Positions 51,465 to 60,504 of a DNA stretch of 64,000 nucleotides are shown one piece after another. The stretch lies in contig CAVSPA010000006.1 in the NCBI GenBank assembly GCA_963729715.1, positions 192,001 through 256,000 of the forward strand. The letters are read 5' to 3'. The notes under the pieces are model-generated. The model saw nothing but the letters and a program-made list of their open reading frames with translations. It had not been told where the DNA came from and made no database searches. The DNA is from an uncultured delta proteobacterium. GTDB lineage: Bacteria > Desulfobacterota > Syntrophia > Syntrophales > UBA2185. Position 1 is the first letter of the stretch. Each line of letters opens with the position of its first letter. A program made the translations under genes and the position numbers.

Positions 51465-52217
51465 ATGAAAAGGATATTTCGTTTTTTTGTCATGATAGCC
51501 ATGTTGATAGCTGCCTCGTCCTTTGTCATTGATGCAACAGCAGAGGATAAGGGTTTCACCAGTACCACGCTGGGAGCGGAATTTGTATTGATTCCGGGAG
51601 GGACCTTCATGATGGGGGCTGCTGTAAAACACCAGGTCGTCATCAGCAAACCTTACTATATGCAGGCGACGGAGGTGACTCAGGGACAATGGCGGAAAGT
51701 CATGGGGAGCAATCCCTCATTGTTCAACACCTGCGGTGACGACTGCCCGGTGGAGAATATTTCCTGGGTTGATGTTCAGGAATTTATCAGACGCCTCAAC
51801 CAGAAAGAAGGGGTAAAAAAATATCGCCTGCCCACGGAGGCCGAGTGGGAGTTTGCCTGCCAGACGGGCTCCGCAGTTAAAGACGCGCTTGACGCGAAAG
51901 AAGATAAATTCGGAGACTATGCCTGGTATGATGCTAATTCGGAGAGAAAGACGCATCCTGTAGCTACGAAAAAACCCAATGCTTGGGGTCTTTATGATAT
52001 GCACGGCAATGTTCTGGAGTGGTGCCAGGACTGGTATGACGATTATCCGAAGGGTAAGGTGATAGACCCGAAGGGCGCGTCATCCGCGCAGCACAAGGTC
52101 TTGCGGGGCGGTGCATGGCTCGGCAGCCCCACGACCCTGCAGTGTACCTTTCGCAGTGAGGACTATGCGGTCGTGCAGTCCAATGACATAGGGTTTCGCC
52201 TTGTCAGGGATTTTTGA
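51465..52217 (+). CDS. Formylglycine-generating enzyme (SUMF1) family protein
   Basis: Signal peptide, RLPTEAEWE, GLYDMHGNV.EW, GFRL. Confidence 0.88.
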   Translation: MKRIFRFFVMIAMLIAASSFVIDATAEDKGFTSTTLGAEFVLIPGGTFMMGAAVKHQVVISKPYYMQATEVTQGQWRKVMGSNPSLFNTCGDDCPVENISWVDVQEFIRRLNQKEGVKKYRLPTEAEWEFACQTGSAVKDALDAKEDKFGDYAWYDANSERKTHPVATKKPNAWGLYDMHGNVLEWCQDWYDDYPKGKVIDPKGASSAQHKVLRGGAWLGSPTTLQCTFRSEDYAVVQSNDIGFRLVRDF

Positions 52218-52269
52218 TCCCTCATTCCCTCTCTCTCAGTGCGGTCCCTTGAGATCGTATCGGTTTCCT

Positions 52270-52578
52270 TCAGGGTTTCAACTCGTTTTTCTTGAACATC
52301 GTCTTATCGGCGCCGCAAATCGGGCATCTCCAGCTGTCGGGTAGCTTCTCAAAGGGTGTTCCGGCTGGAATGCCCTCTGACGGGTCTCCCTTTTCTGGGT
52401 CATAAATATAACCGCAGATCTCGCAGATATACTTGGACATGCCGGGAGCGTCCCTTTCTGACTGCGCTCTTGCTTTTTCGGGAATACCCGAAAGTATGAA
52501 AGACAGGAGTCCGAAAAAGATCAAGGCTGTTGATTTTATGAATTGACGGCGATTCAGGGGCAGCAATTTATTTCTCAT
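52270..52578 (-). CDS. Rubredoxin with a twin-arginine signal peptide
   Basis: NRRQFIK, hydrophobic stretch, [12 protein letters not shown]...W.CPICG; AAGGAG RBS. Confidence 0.88.
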   Translation of the reverse strand: MRNKLLPLNRRQFIKSTALIFFGLLSFILSGIPEKARAQSERDAPGMSKYICEICGYIYDPEKGDPSEGIPAGTPFEKLPDSWRCPICGADKTMFKKNELKP

Positions 52579-52679
52579 AGCGTCTCCTTCATTGATCTCA
52601 CACGGATAAAAGAATGCTTGTCGTCACGCCAGTGCGCGCTCCACGTAGAAATTTTAGCGCTTCCATGTTGTACAGAATA

Positions 52680-53867
52680 TCACTGTCGTCGTAAACGATG
52701 AATGTTGGCAAGCGCAAGAGCGACGAATAGAAACATGATGAGCGCCATGGCACTGTAAGAAGAGACGCCCTGGGCTTGCAGGAAGCCGACGGCAAGGCTG
52801 CTCAGAGCTGATCCGCCGAGCTGGAAAAATCCGATCAGTGCTGCTGCCGCTCCCGCTTGGGCTACATAACAACCGAGAGCCTCTTTCGTGGCTATCGGAA
52901 AAATTATGCCAAAACCAACTGTGAACAGAAAGGTCATTCCCAAGACCGTTGCCGCCGTGACCATCTCCCTCGGCATGCAAAACATCCCGAGAGTCCCTAC
53001 CAGCAGAATGACTTCCCCCGCATAGAATATTCGCTGTGACGGTCTATTGCGAACGATATATCCCGCACCAAGGTTGCCCATGATAAAGCCCATCGCAGCT
53101 ATCAACGTGATCAGGCCGTAGGATGAAGGGCTCAGGCCGAAACCACTGATGAAGATGAAGGGCGATGCCGTATAGTAAGCCCCGAGACCACCGAAGCATG
53201 CACCGAGAAGGAGAACATAGCCCATGTAAATCCGGTTTCCGAGGAAATCCCGATAGGTCTTGAAAACGGAGATGACCGGTATGCGGCGGCAGGAAGGAGA
53301 GGGAAGGGTTTCCTTAAGCAGGGAGAAATTAAGCAGCCAGACGACTGCATTAAAGATCAGCAGGGACCAAAATGTCCACTGCCATCTTAAATGTTCAGTT
53401 ATAATGCCGCCGAGGAAAGGAGTGACCGCCGGGGTTATCGATATGGCAGCCCCCAGCCACCCCATGAGCATCACAATGCGATCCTCGGAAGACGAGTCCT
53501 GGATCATGGCCTTGCCTACCACTGGGGCCACTCCCGCGCCTAAGGCCTGGAGGGCTCTTCCCGCCAAGAGCATGGTGATGTCGGTAGCCGTGGCGCAGAG
53601 CAGCGTGCCCAGGCCATACACTTCCAATCCGCGGAGAATCATGAAACGCCTTCCCAGGGCATCTGAGAACGGGCCTGAGAAGAGGTTGAAAAAGGCAAAT
53701 CCGGCGAAATAAACGGTGAGGGTCAAGGACATCCAGGAAGAAGAGATTCTGAGGTCGGCGCCGATCCCCGGTATTGCTGGCAGGTAGAGACTTACACCTA
53801 ATTGCCCTACTGCTATGGAGGCGGCTATGAGAAAGACGAAGGCGCCGGTGCTTCTGGAAGGAGACAT
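52680..53867 (-). CDS. Bcr/CflA-family MFS exporter
   Basis: YLPAIP, GPFSDALGRR, GRALQALG, about 12 TM segments. Confidence 0.88.
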   Translation of the reverse strand: MSPSRSTGAFVFLIAASIAVGQLGVSLYLPAIPGIGADLRISSSWMSLTLTVYFAGFAFFNLFSGPFSDALGRRFMILRGLEVYGLGTLLCATATDITMLLAGRALQALGAGVAPVVGKAMIQDSSSEDRIVMLMGWLGAAISITPAVTPFLGGIITEHLRWQWTFWSLLIFNAVVWLLNFSLLKETLPSPSCRRIPVISVFKTYRDFLGNRIYMGYVLLLGACFGGLGAYYTASPFIFISGFGLSPSSYGLITLIAAMGFIMGNLGAGYIVRNRPSQRIFYAGEVILLVGTLGMFCMPREMVTAATVLGMTFLFTVGFGIIFPIATKEALGCYVAQAGAAAALIGFFQLGGSALSSLAVGFLQAQGVSSYSAMALIMFLFVALALANIHRLRRQ

Positions 53868-53870
53868 ATT

Positions 53871-53987
53871 CTACGGCGACCTCGTGACGGATAACAAACA
53901 TTGTCTGATCTCATATGGCACCGGCCCTGCTGAAATCCTCGGCGCATATACGCCATGTCTCACGTAGGTTGATGGCTTTGCTCTCAT
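53871..53987 (-). CDS. Possible 38-aa peptide
   Basis: ATG-to-TAG ORF that almost exactly fills the ThiF-MFS gap; no clear RBS. Confidence 0.2.
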   Translation of the reverse strand: MRAKPSTYVRHGVYAPRISAGPVPYEIRQCLLSVTRSP

Positions 53988-53992
53988 TGGGG

Positions 53993-54892
53993 TCACTGTT
54001 CCGCCTGATGCCATCTTATCCTGCCGGTAAGCCAGTTCGGTATCCCGATCTGCTCCTTCGCCGCATCGTAATAGTAGGCACTCCCCTTGAAGGGGTCGAA
54101 CACCTGTATGATGGGGAACTCTATTACCTTCGTATTCTCGAGTGTCATGCCGTTCATCACCGCCGTATTCTTCACGATCTCCCAGCAGGCCGCCGCATTC
54201 ACCATGGAAACGAATATCTTGCAGTTCCTGGGCGGTATCTCCCGGTTCTGCACCCTCTTTAGAGTCTCCGGATAGAGCTTTTCAGTCCTCCCCGGAAACA
54301 TGTAAATCTTCATGTAGTTGGGCAGGAGGGCCTGGTAATCGACATCCCGGACGTTAAGATGCGCTACGCCGAACTTTCCCACGCCCTCGATTGAGATATC
54401 ACCTTGGTGAGTTACGGTGCTGACAACCCAGCAATTGGAGGTGCCGGGGCCGATGACCATACGCTTCCGGAGCCGGTGGCACACCCGCGCGATCACAAGG
54501 TTCGCCTCGGGATCTGAGGTCCCGAGGGCCACAATGTCTGTGCCGGCTACAATTTCTTCCACCCACTTCTCGTCATTCCGCGTTACTTTCCGGCTATAGG
54601 CCATGACACTGCATTCCGGGTTGACTTTCTCCAGATATTCTTTCCATGCCTCCGGCTTGACCCTGCCTATATATTCCTGCGTGAAGGGAAGGCGGTTCAG
54701 ATTCGTGGCATCAACCACATCGAAATCTACAATGGCAAAGTGCTGGTAGCCTACACGCAGGAGGAAGTCGATGACCGCACCGTTTCCCCCCGCTCCCATC
54801 ACAAGGACGCGCGTCCTTCCTATTGCGGAGATCAGCTCTTCCGTGAAATTAACGATTCCCTGTTCTCGATTGACGATATCCTTCCAAGTCAT
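53993..54892 (-). CDS. ThiF/E1-family adenylating enzyme
   Basis: GAGGNG, DFDVVDATNLNRL, G..K; no CxxC zinc pairs. Confidence 0.85.
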   Translation of the reverse strand: MTWKDIVNREQGIVNFTEELISAIGRTRVLVMGAGGNGAVIDFLLRVGYQHFAIVDFDVVDATNLNRLPFTQEYIGRVKPEAWKEYLEKVNPECSVMAYSRKVTRNDEKWVEEIVAGTDIVALGTSDPEANLVIARVCHRLRKRMVIGPGTSNCWVVSTVTHQGDISIEGVGKFGVAHLNVRDVDYQALLPNYMKIYMFPGRTEKLYPETLKRVQNREIPPRNCKIFVSMVNAAACWEIVKNTAVMNGMTLENTKVIEFPIIQVFDPFKGSAYYYDAAKEQIGIPNWLTGRIRWHQAEQ

Positions 54893-54941
54893 AACTACCT
54901 TCTCACACAAAATTCATGTTGTCTTTTCTTTCGGCGCATGT

Positions 54942-55802
54942 CTAATACGCGCGCCGTTTCGGGTCTCTCTCGGCCTCCCGGCAGTATTCCATAAGGATGG
55001 CAACAGCACCGGAACCGGCTTCGGAGAGGACATGGGACTTTTCCACCCCGAAATAATTCAATTCGCCGGCAGTTATAGGCCGCCTGTTCCTGAGAATCCA
55101 GTCAACCATGGCCTGCTCCTCCTCATTTCGGAAGAACCAGCGGTGGAGATTCCTCTTGCCCTTCAACCTGCCGTATCTACCCGCATACCGGCTTTCCATC
55201 GTTTCCAGGTTCGTCCGTGTAAAGCTCACCTGCTCACCGGTCTTCGGGCTCTGTCGAGAATCCGTGGAGACTTCTTCAAACAAGAGAAAGTTGGAGTAGA
55301 AGGCGGCATGATGGGCCATGACCGATGCGACGAGGTCGGTGTTATGGAGCACGCGGGTGGCAGCAAGATAGACGAGCCTGTACAGGTGCATCGTAAGATC
55401 GACGGCGCTGTGTGCGATCCCCTCATCAACGCCGAGCGAAAATACCTCACTGAGACTCCGCCCCGCCTTTCTTAAGACCGCAAGCCGCTCAGGGAAGATG
55501 ATATCCGCAGGCAGCCCCAGCCGGGAATCGGGAACAATGCTCACGGTTCCCGCCGCCTGCCCGGCTTTCAGAGCGAGAAAGGTCATTGCCTGGGGATGCA
55601 GGTGGTGGAGCGTGCACCACAACTCGCTTTCCAGGTTCGCCCCTAAAACATATCCCTTGCCGAGGTAGATGTCATGGACGAGCTTAAATGCCGTCTCACG
55701 CAACTTTTGCGTGCTTGCGACAACGATGGTCCAGTCATTCTTCGGTCCGAACCGGTATTCGTTCCCTTCAAGTAATCTGCCGGCCAAGGCTTTCCCCTTC
55801 AA
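54942..55802 (-). CDS. FeeM-like N-acyl amino acid synthase (GNAT fold)
   Basis: AF.LV...Y...GY, GTVS...DS..GLPAD..F, EV.SL, V..HH..FY..FLLFE. Confidence 0.72.
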   Translation of the reverse strand: MKGKALAGRLLEGNEYRFGPKNDWTIVVASTQKLRETAFKLVHDIYLGKGYVLGANLESELWCTLHHLHPQAMTFLALKAGQAAGTVSIVPDSRLGLPADIIFPERLAVLRKAGRSLSEVFSLGVDEGIAHSAVDLTMHLYRLVYLAATRVLHNTDLVASVMAHHAAFYSNFLLFEEVSTDSRQSPKTGEQVSFTRTNLETMESRYAGRYGRLKGKRNLHRWFFRNEEEQAMVDWILRNRRPITAGELNYFGVEKSHVLSEAGSGAVAILMEYCREAERDPKRRAY

Positions 55803-55825
55803 GACAAGGCTTCTCTTATAATAAT

Positions 55826-55854
55826 AGCCTATAAGAAAGAGGTTTGCATGTCAA
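55826..55854 (-). promoter_or_regulatory. sigma70 promoter for the feeM-like operon
   Basis: TTGACA-N17-TAGGCT on the minus strand. Confidence 0.55.
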
Positions 55855-55890
55855 TATTGGTGTCACGAAAAACACTGTGCAGGATTTTTA

Positions 55891-55918
55891 TTGACAGACA
55901 GGAACCTGTTGGTATACT
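55891..55918 (+). promoter_or_regulatory. sigma70 promoter for the GlcG-like gene
   Basis: TTGACA-N16-TATACT. Confidence 0.6.
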
Positions 55919-55963
55919 CGGTCCAACCAGTAAAACGGAATTCTCAATTAAGAAGGAGGAAAT

Positions 55964-56446
55964 ATGCGTATACTAAAAGTCATAACTGTCATTTCTGTGG
56001 TATTGTTTATTTTTTCCGGTGTGGCCCTGGCCCAGCAGATGCCCAATCTCTACGGGCCGAATATAAGCTTGGCAACTGCTAAGAAGGTGGCTGCCGCAGC
56101 TGCGGGGGAGGCAATGAAGATTAAGATAAATGTCGTAATTACCGTCGTGGATACAGGCGGCAATCTCGTCTATCTCGAACGGTTCGACGTCGTCCAGTAC
56201 GGCAGCCTTGACGTGGCGCTCCACAAGGCCAAGTGTTCTGTTGCTTTCAAGAGACCGACAAAGGCCTTCGAGGATACGATCGGGAGCGGAAAGACGGCAT
56301 ATCTGACCCTGGACGGCATAAGTGCAATTGAAGGCGGTGTGCCGATTATCCAGGATGGCAAGATCATAGGCGCCATAGGCGTGTCGGGCGGTTCATCTGC
56401 ACAGGATGGCCATGTCGCAACGGCCGGAGCCAAAGTGATAAAATAA
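55964..56446 (+). CDS. GlcG/HbpS-family heme-binding protein
   Basis: Signal peptide, VVD.GGNL, KA, GGVPI...G..IGAIGVSGG. Confidence 0.88.
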   Translation: MRILKVITVISVVLFIFSGVALAQQMPNLYGPNISLATAKKVAAAAAGEAMKIKINVVITVVDTGGNLVYLERFDVVQYGSLDVALHKAKCSVAFKRPTKAFEDTIGSGKTAYLTLDGISAIEGGVPIIQDGKIIGAIGVSGGSSAQDGHVATAGAKVIK

Positions 56447-56472
56447 CTCGCAACGTTTTGTCTGACAGGTAG

Positions 56473-56510
56473 AAGGGGAGGTCCATACGAAGGTCCTCCC
56501 CTTTTTTTAT
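56473..56510 (+). terminator. Intrinsic terminator
   Basis: AGGGGAGG...CCTCCCCT followed by a T tract. Confidence 0.7.
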
Positions 56511-56559
56511 TTCTTGTAATCGCAACCGGGATCCGGCGACATATCTTTCTTGACGTAAA

Positions 56560-56889
56560 TCAAGAATGTTTCAATGGCAGTTTGTCGTTGGCTTTGTTAA
56601 GAAGGCGTGCAATATCGCGTTCAAGTTGATCGAAACAATTCATGAGTTCCTTGGCTTCAGAAGTCAGATGCATGCCGTGTTTAACGCTGTCCATCTCCAC
56701 AAGCTTCATCCCCAGCCTTTCTTCGGATGCCTTTATCCTCCCCCATGCAGCCCTGTAAGACATTTTCAATTTCTTAGCCGCCGCGTTCAGACTGCGGCAT
56801 TCTTCAACGGCTTTTAGCAGTCCTTCCCGACCGGGCCCAAATATTACACGGCCATCACGCTCGAGCCATAATTTGTGTTTGATTTCCAA
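56560..56889 (-). CDS. modE: ModE-family winged-helix regulator (DNA-binding domain only)
   Basis: GPGR..LL.A....SL..AAK.L.MSYR.AW. Confidence 0.85.
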   Translation of the reverse strand: MEIKHKLWLERDGRVIFGPGREGLLKAVEECRSLNAAAKKLKMSYRAAWGRIKASEERLGMKLVEMDSVKHGMHLTSEAKELMNCFDQLERDIARLLNKANDKLPLKHS

Positions 56890-56980
56890 CGCCGTATCTC
56901 CATTATGTGAAAAGAAACAGAATAGATATACTAAAAAATTACCACGATAGAATCGTCCATAGCAAGTTATTTAAGTTTTG

Positions 56981-57000
56981 ATATGTCATTAATGACATAT
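56981..57000. promoter_or_regulatory. Perfect 20-bp palindrome, candidate ModE operator
   Basis: ATATGTCATT|AATGACATAT between the divergent modE gene and the AOR operon. Confidence 0.6.
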
Positions 57001-57186
57001 ACATTTGAAATCATTACCCTATTACAAAAAAAATGATTGACAACAGTACATGAATGGATTAAAAAAAAGTACCAGAAAAGTAGTTTATATGAACGTATTA
57101 AAAACAGCAATGTCCTCATTTCCGCAGATAAGCATATCTCGCGGTTTTATTCTGTATCAAACCAACCAAAATGCGGAGGATAGTTT

Positions 57187-57687
57187 ATGAAGAAAACGGT
57201 TTTTTTGATTTCACTTATTATTGCCTTGAGCCTTATTCTTTCCGGTATGCTCCTTGCCCAGGCCAGAAAGGGCGGCGCCGTCGCTGCGGCAGGCGCTTCG
57301 GTATGGGATTATTTGAAGAAGGAAGGATTTGCAAAGAACTGGAAGATGTGGCCGGGAACGACAGCCATGTATGAGGGACCGGAACCCCACGGTGCATTTC
57401 TGACAACCCATGTCAATGACGTCGCCTTGAAGTCCATCAGCGCCAAGAAGGGCAAGTTTGCTGATGGGTCGATGATTGCTCAGGAAAATTATTCGAAAGA
57501 CAAGAAACTGAAATTCATTGCCGTCATGTACAAGGTCAAGGGATACAACCCCCAAAGTGGAGACTGGTTCTGGGCGCAGTACAAGCCTGATGGAAGGATT
57601 GAAGCGGAAGGAAAGATTGATGAGTGCATAAAATGCCATGTCGCCCAGAAGGGAAATGATTACGTTTACACAGGCAAACTAAAATGA
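57187..57687 (+). CDS. Cytochrome P460-family monoheme c cytochrome
   Basis: Signal peptide, PHG, VMYK..GY....GDWFW, C-terminal CIKCH. Confidence 0.82.
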   Translation: MKKTVFLISLIIALSLILSGMLLAQARKGGAVAAAGASVWDYLKKEGFAKNWKMWPGTTAMYEGPEPHGAFLTTHVNDVALKSISAKKGKFADGSMIAQENYSKDKKLKFIAVMYKVKGYNPQSGDWFWAQYKPDGRIEAEGKIDECIKCHVAQKGNDYVYTGKLK

Positions 57688-57778
57688 ACCGACGGCAAAT
57701 GAATAAGAGGCGCCGAGAGTTTGTTTAAGTATAGTGTGAAGACTCTAAATTATGAATGACCAGAATGGAGGTTATGTT

Positions 57779-58528
57779 ATGGAAGGGAAGGAAAAAAAAT
57801 TAACTGATCTGTTCCCGAAGGAAACTACGCGACGTGGTTTTTTGAGAGGGACGGCGGTGGCAGCGGGTAGCGCCGTCGCCATGGCTACGGTCGGAGGCTT
57901 GGCTGCGAAGGCCGCCCATGCTCAGGCCGCGGCGCCTGCGCCGAAGAAAGACGTGATGAAGTATTTATTTGCGGAGAGGGAAAATTGTACGGGCTGCAGG
58001 GGGTGTGAATATGCGTGCTCCGTTTATCATACAGGTATAGTGAGGCCCTCCGTGGCAAGGATCCACGTAATGAAGTACAAGGATTCCATAGATGTCCCGG
58101 TCTTGTGTTGGCACTGTAACGACGCGCCGTGCGTTGCGGCCTGTCCCACGACTCCCAAGTCGATAATACCGGACCCAAATCACAACGGCATCATCTTGAA
58201 TGAAAAAACCTGTCTCGGCAGAAAATGCCTGAAATGCCAGGAGGCTTGTCCGGCGCAGTTTGTCTGGGCACATCCTGACACGGGTAAGCCCCTCATGTGC
58301 GACATGTGCGGCGGTGATCCCGCCTGCGTGAAGGCCTGTGCCGCGCAGTCGGGCAATCCGCAGGGGCCCTGCCTTATGGCAAACAAACTTGGTTTTGGCG
58401 TCAATCTGGCTTTCAGGAATGTGACGCCCAACCAGGCGGGCAAGGATTTACTGGATCTCACGTTCTATCCCAGTGTCGATGGGAAGAGACTCACCCCTGC
58501 TAAGACCAAAAAGACGAGGAGGGCATAA
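57779..58528 (+). CDS. Tat-signal 4Fe-4S polyferredoxin (AOR small subunit)
   Basis: TRRGFLR signal ending AHA; CxxCxxCxxxC and related motifs. Confidence 0.88.
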   Translation: MEGKEKKLTDLFPKETTRRGFLRGTAVAAGSAVAMATVGGLAAKAAHAQAAAPAPKKDVMKYLFAERENCTGCRGCEYACSVYHTGIVRPSVARIHVMKYKDSIDVPVLCWHCNDAPCVAACPTTPKSIIPDPNHNGIILNEKTCLGRKCLKCQEACPAQFVWAHPDTGKPLMCDMCGGDPACVKACAAQSGNPQGPCLMANKLGFGVNLAFRNVTPNQAGKDLLDLTFYPSVDGKRLTPAKTKKTRRA

Positions 58529-58530
58529 CC

Positions 58531-60354
58531 ATGACTGCACCAAAAGGCGGATGTTTCGGAAAAGTTCTCGAGATTGATTTAAGCAAACATACATATAAGG
58601 TCCGCGAAGTCCCCGATGAGGTCTATCAGAAGGCCATCGGCGGAAACGGGCTCGGCGCATATTTTATGACCACTGAGTACAAGGCTCATAAAGATCCCCT
58701 GGCAGAGGATGCGTTCATCTATGTCGGCCCGGGACCTCTTAATGGGACGTTCTGTGTTTCCACGCGCACAAGCTTTGCCAATATGAGTCCCTACACAGGC
58801 CTGATCTCCCACGCGGAGGCTGGAGCCCATTTTGGGAACGAAATCAAATGGGCCGGCTGGGACGGCATCTACATTACGGGAAGGTCAAAGAAGCCTGTCT
58901 GGCTCTCCATCGTGGACGACAAGGTGGAATTCAAGGATGCCACAAAGATATGGGGTAAGGATACGGAAGAGACACATGAAACAATCATCAAGGAGATGAA
59001 GGAGCCCTACGCCCGGACGGCGGTCATAGGCCAGGCCGGGGAGAACCAGGTTCCCTTCGCCTGCGTGATTGTGGAGCGCTTCCGCGCCGCCGCGAGAAGC
59101 GGAACGGGCATGGTGATGGGAAACAAGAAGTTGAAAGGCATTGCCGTGAGAGGTAGTAAGGGCGTGCCTGTTGCCGACAACGTGAAATTCATGGAAATGG
59201 CGACCTATGCCAAGCAGGTTGCCATAGATAAGGAAGCCTGGCAAGGCATCAAGAGGTGGGGAACCGCAGGTCTCATGGAGCAGAATAATTTTTTCACCGG
59301 GTCTCTCGTCACGAAGAACTACCAGACGACCTGGTATCCTGACGTTGTAAAAATTGGCGCGGAAGAGGCGAACCGGACGTTCTGGAAGCGGCACGTGGCG
59401 TGCAATCACTGTCCCATCCACTGCCTGAAGCTGGGCGTGATCCGTGACGGAAAATACAGGGGCATGATTGCCGAAGGTCCGGAATACGAATCCGGAGGAC
59501 TTTTGGGAAGCAATCTCGGAATGACTGACTTCAACTCTATGATCGTCCTCATCGAGGCCTGCGATGCGTATGGCATCGATAACATCTCCACGGGCGGTGT
59601 CCTCGGATTTACAACGGAACTTATGGAGAGGGGTATCCTCAAACCTGCCGACCTCGACGGTCTCAAGCCAAAATGGGGCGATGGGGACACCTATCTGGAG
59701 CTCATCCGCAGGATTGCTTACAAGGAAGGTAAGGCGGGCAAGCTTCTCTCCAAAGGCGTGAAGAAGATGTCCGCGGAGATCGGCAAGGGGTCCGAAGCAT
59801 ACGCCATGCACGTGAAGGGCAAGGAACTTGCAGCCCATGACCCGCGGGGCGACAAGGCCAGGGCATATAGCTACACTTTGGGTTCCTGCGGGGGGGATCA
59901 CCATGAGGGCGCTTCCACGCGGGCGCTTGTCATTTTTGCGATGATCAATTCCCTCTGCACTTGCTCTTTTGCAAGCGCCCTCATCTGGGGCGGTGAAAAC
60001 GCGAAGATAACAGTGGGAATGCTGAATCCGCTCTGCGGCTGGAATATGACGGAAGACGACTACTGGACAACGGGGAAACGCATCCTCACGATGGAGCGCG
60101 TCTTCAACGTGAGGGAAGGCATCAGCCGTAAGGATGATATTTTGCCGAAGCGCATGAGGACGGAAAAGCTTCCGGCCGGACCGAAGAAGGGCGCCATTTT
60201 CACTGAAGAAGATACCAAGAAGATGCAGGATGAATTCTACAGCTTCCTTGGCTGGGATGCAAAGGGCATCCCGACGGAAGCGACATTGAAGGCTTACGGT
60301 CTCGAATACTCTATCGATGATGTGGCGCGGGCCCGTAAGGAGTACAATTTGTAG
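58531..60354 (+). CDS. aor: Aldehyde:ferredoxin oxidoreductase family (tungstopterin) catalytic subunit
   Basis: SPYTG, K.AGWD, IG.AGEN, MG.KKLK, CxxCPxxC, GPEYE, CD.YG.D, HDPR. Confidence 0.92.
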   Translation: MTAPKGGCFGKVLEIDLSKHTYKVREVPDEVYQKAIGGNGLGAYFMTTEYKAHKDPLAEDAFIYVGPGPLNGTFCVSTRTSFANMSPYTGLISHAEAGAHFGNEIKWAGWDGIYITGRSKKPVWLSIVDDKVEFKDATKIWGKDTEETHETIIKEMKEPYARTAVIGQAGENQVPFACVIVERFRAAARSGTGMVMGNKKLKGIAVRGSKGVPVADNVKFMEMATYAKQVAIDKEAWQGIKRWGTAGLMEQNNFFTGSLVTKNYQTTWYPDVVKIGAEEANRTFWKRHVACNHCPIHCLKLGVIRDGKYRGMIAEGPEYESGGLLGSNLGMTDFNSMIVLIEACDAYGIDNISTGGVLGFTTELMERGILKPADLDGLKPKWGDGDTYLELIRRIAYKEGKAGKLLSKGVKKMSAEIGKGSEAYAMHVKGKELAAHDPRGDKARAYSYTLGSCGGDHHEGASTRALVIFAMINSLCTCSFASALIWGGENAKITVGMLNPLCGWNMTEDDYWTTGKRILTMERVFNVREGISRKDDILPKRMRTEKLPAGPKKGAIFTEEDTKKMQDEFYSFLGWDAKGIPTEATLKAYGLEYSIDDVARARKEYNL

Positions 60355-60376
60355 AAGAGCGGTTTGAAGCAAACGG

Positions 60377-60410
60377 GGGCGGGTGGGAGTTTCACCCGCC
60401 CTTGCTTTTT
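60377..60410 (+). terminator. Intrinsic terminator after aor
   Basis: GGGCGGGTG...CACCCGCCC then TTGCTTTTT. Confidence 0.7.
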
Positions 60411-60504
60411 GGGGCTGTCTGCTATATGTTTTAGATGTGTGGTTCATCTTTGGGCTATCGGGATGAATTGCTATTTTTAGGAGTAATATAGGTAATCGTT
60501 TGTC

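Noticed and set aside
58885..60447. 520-aa antisense ORF over aor (and similar shadow ORFs over the aro genes, rpoD and others)
   Set aside because: Antisense to well-conserved genes with no motifs; expected from codon bias
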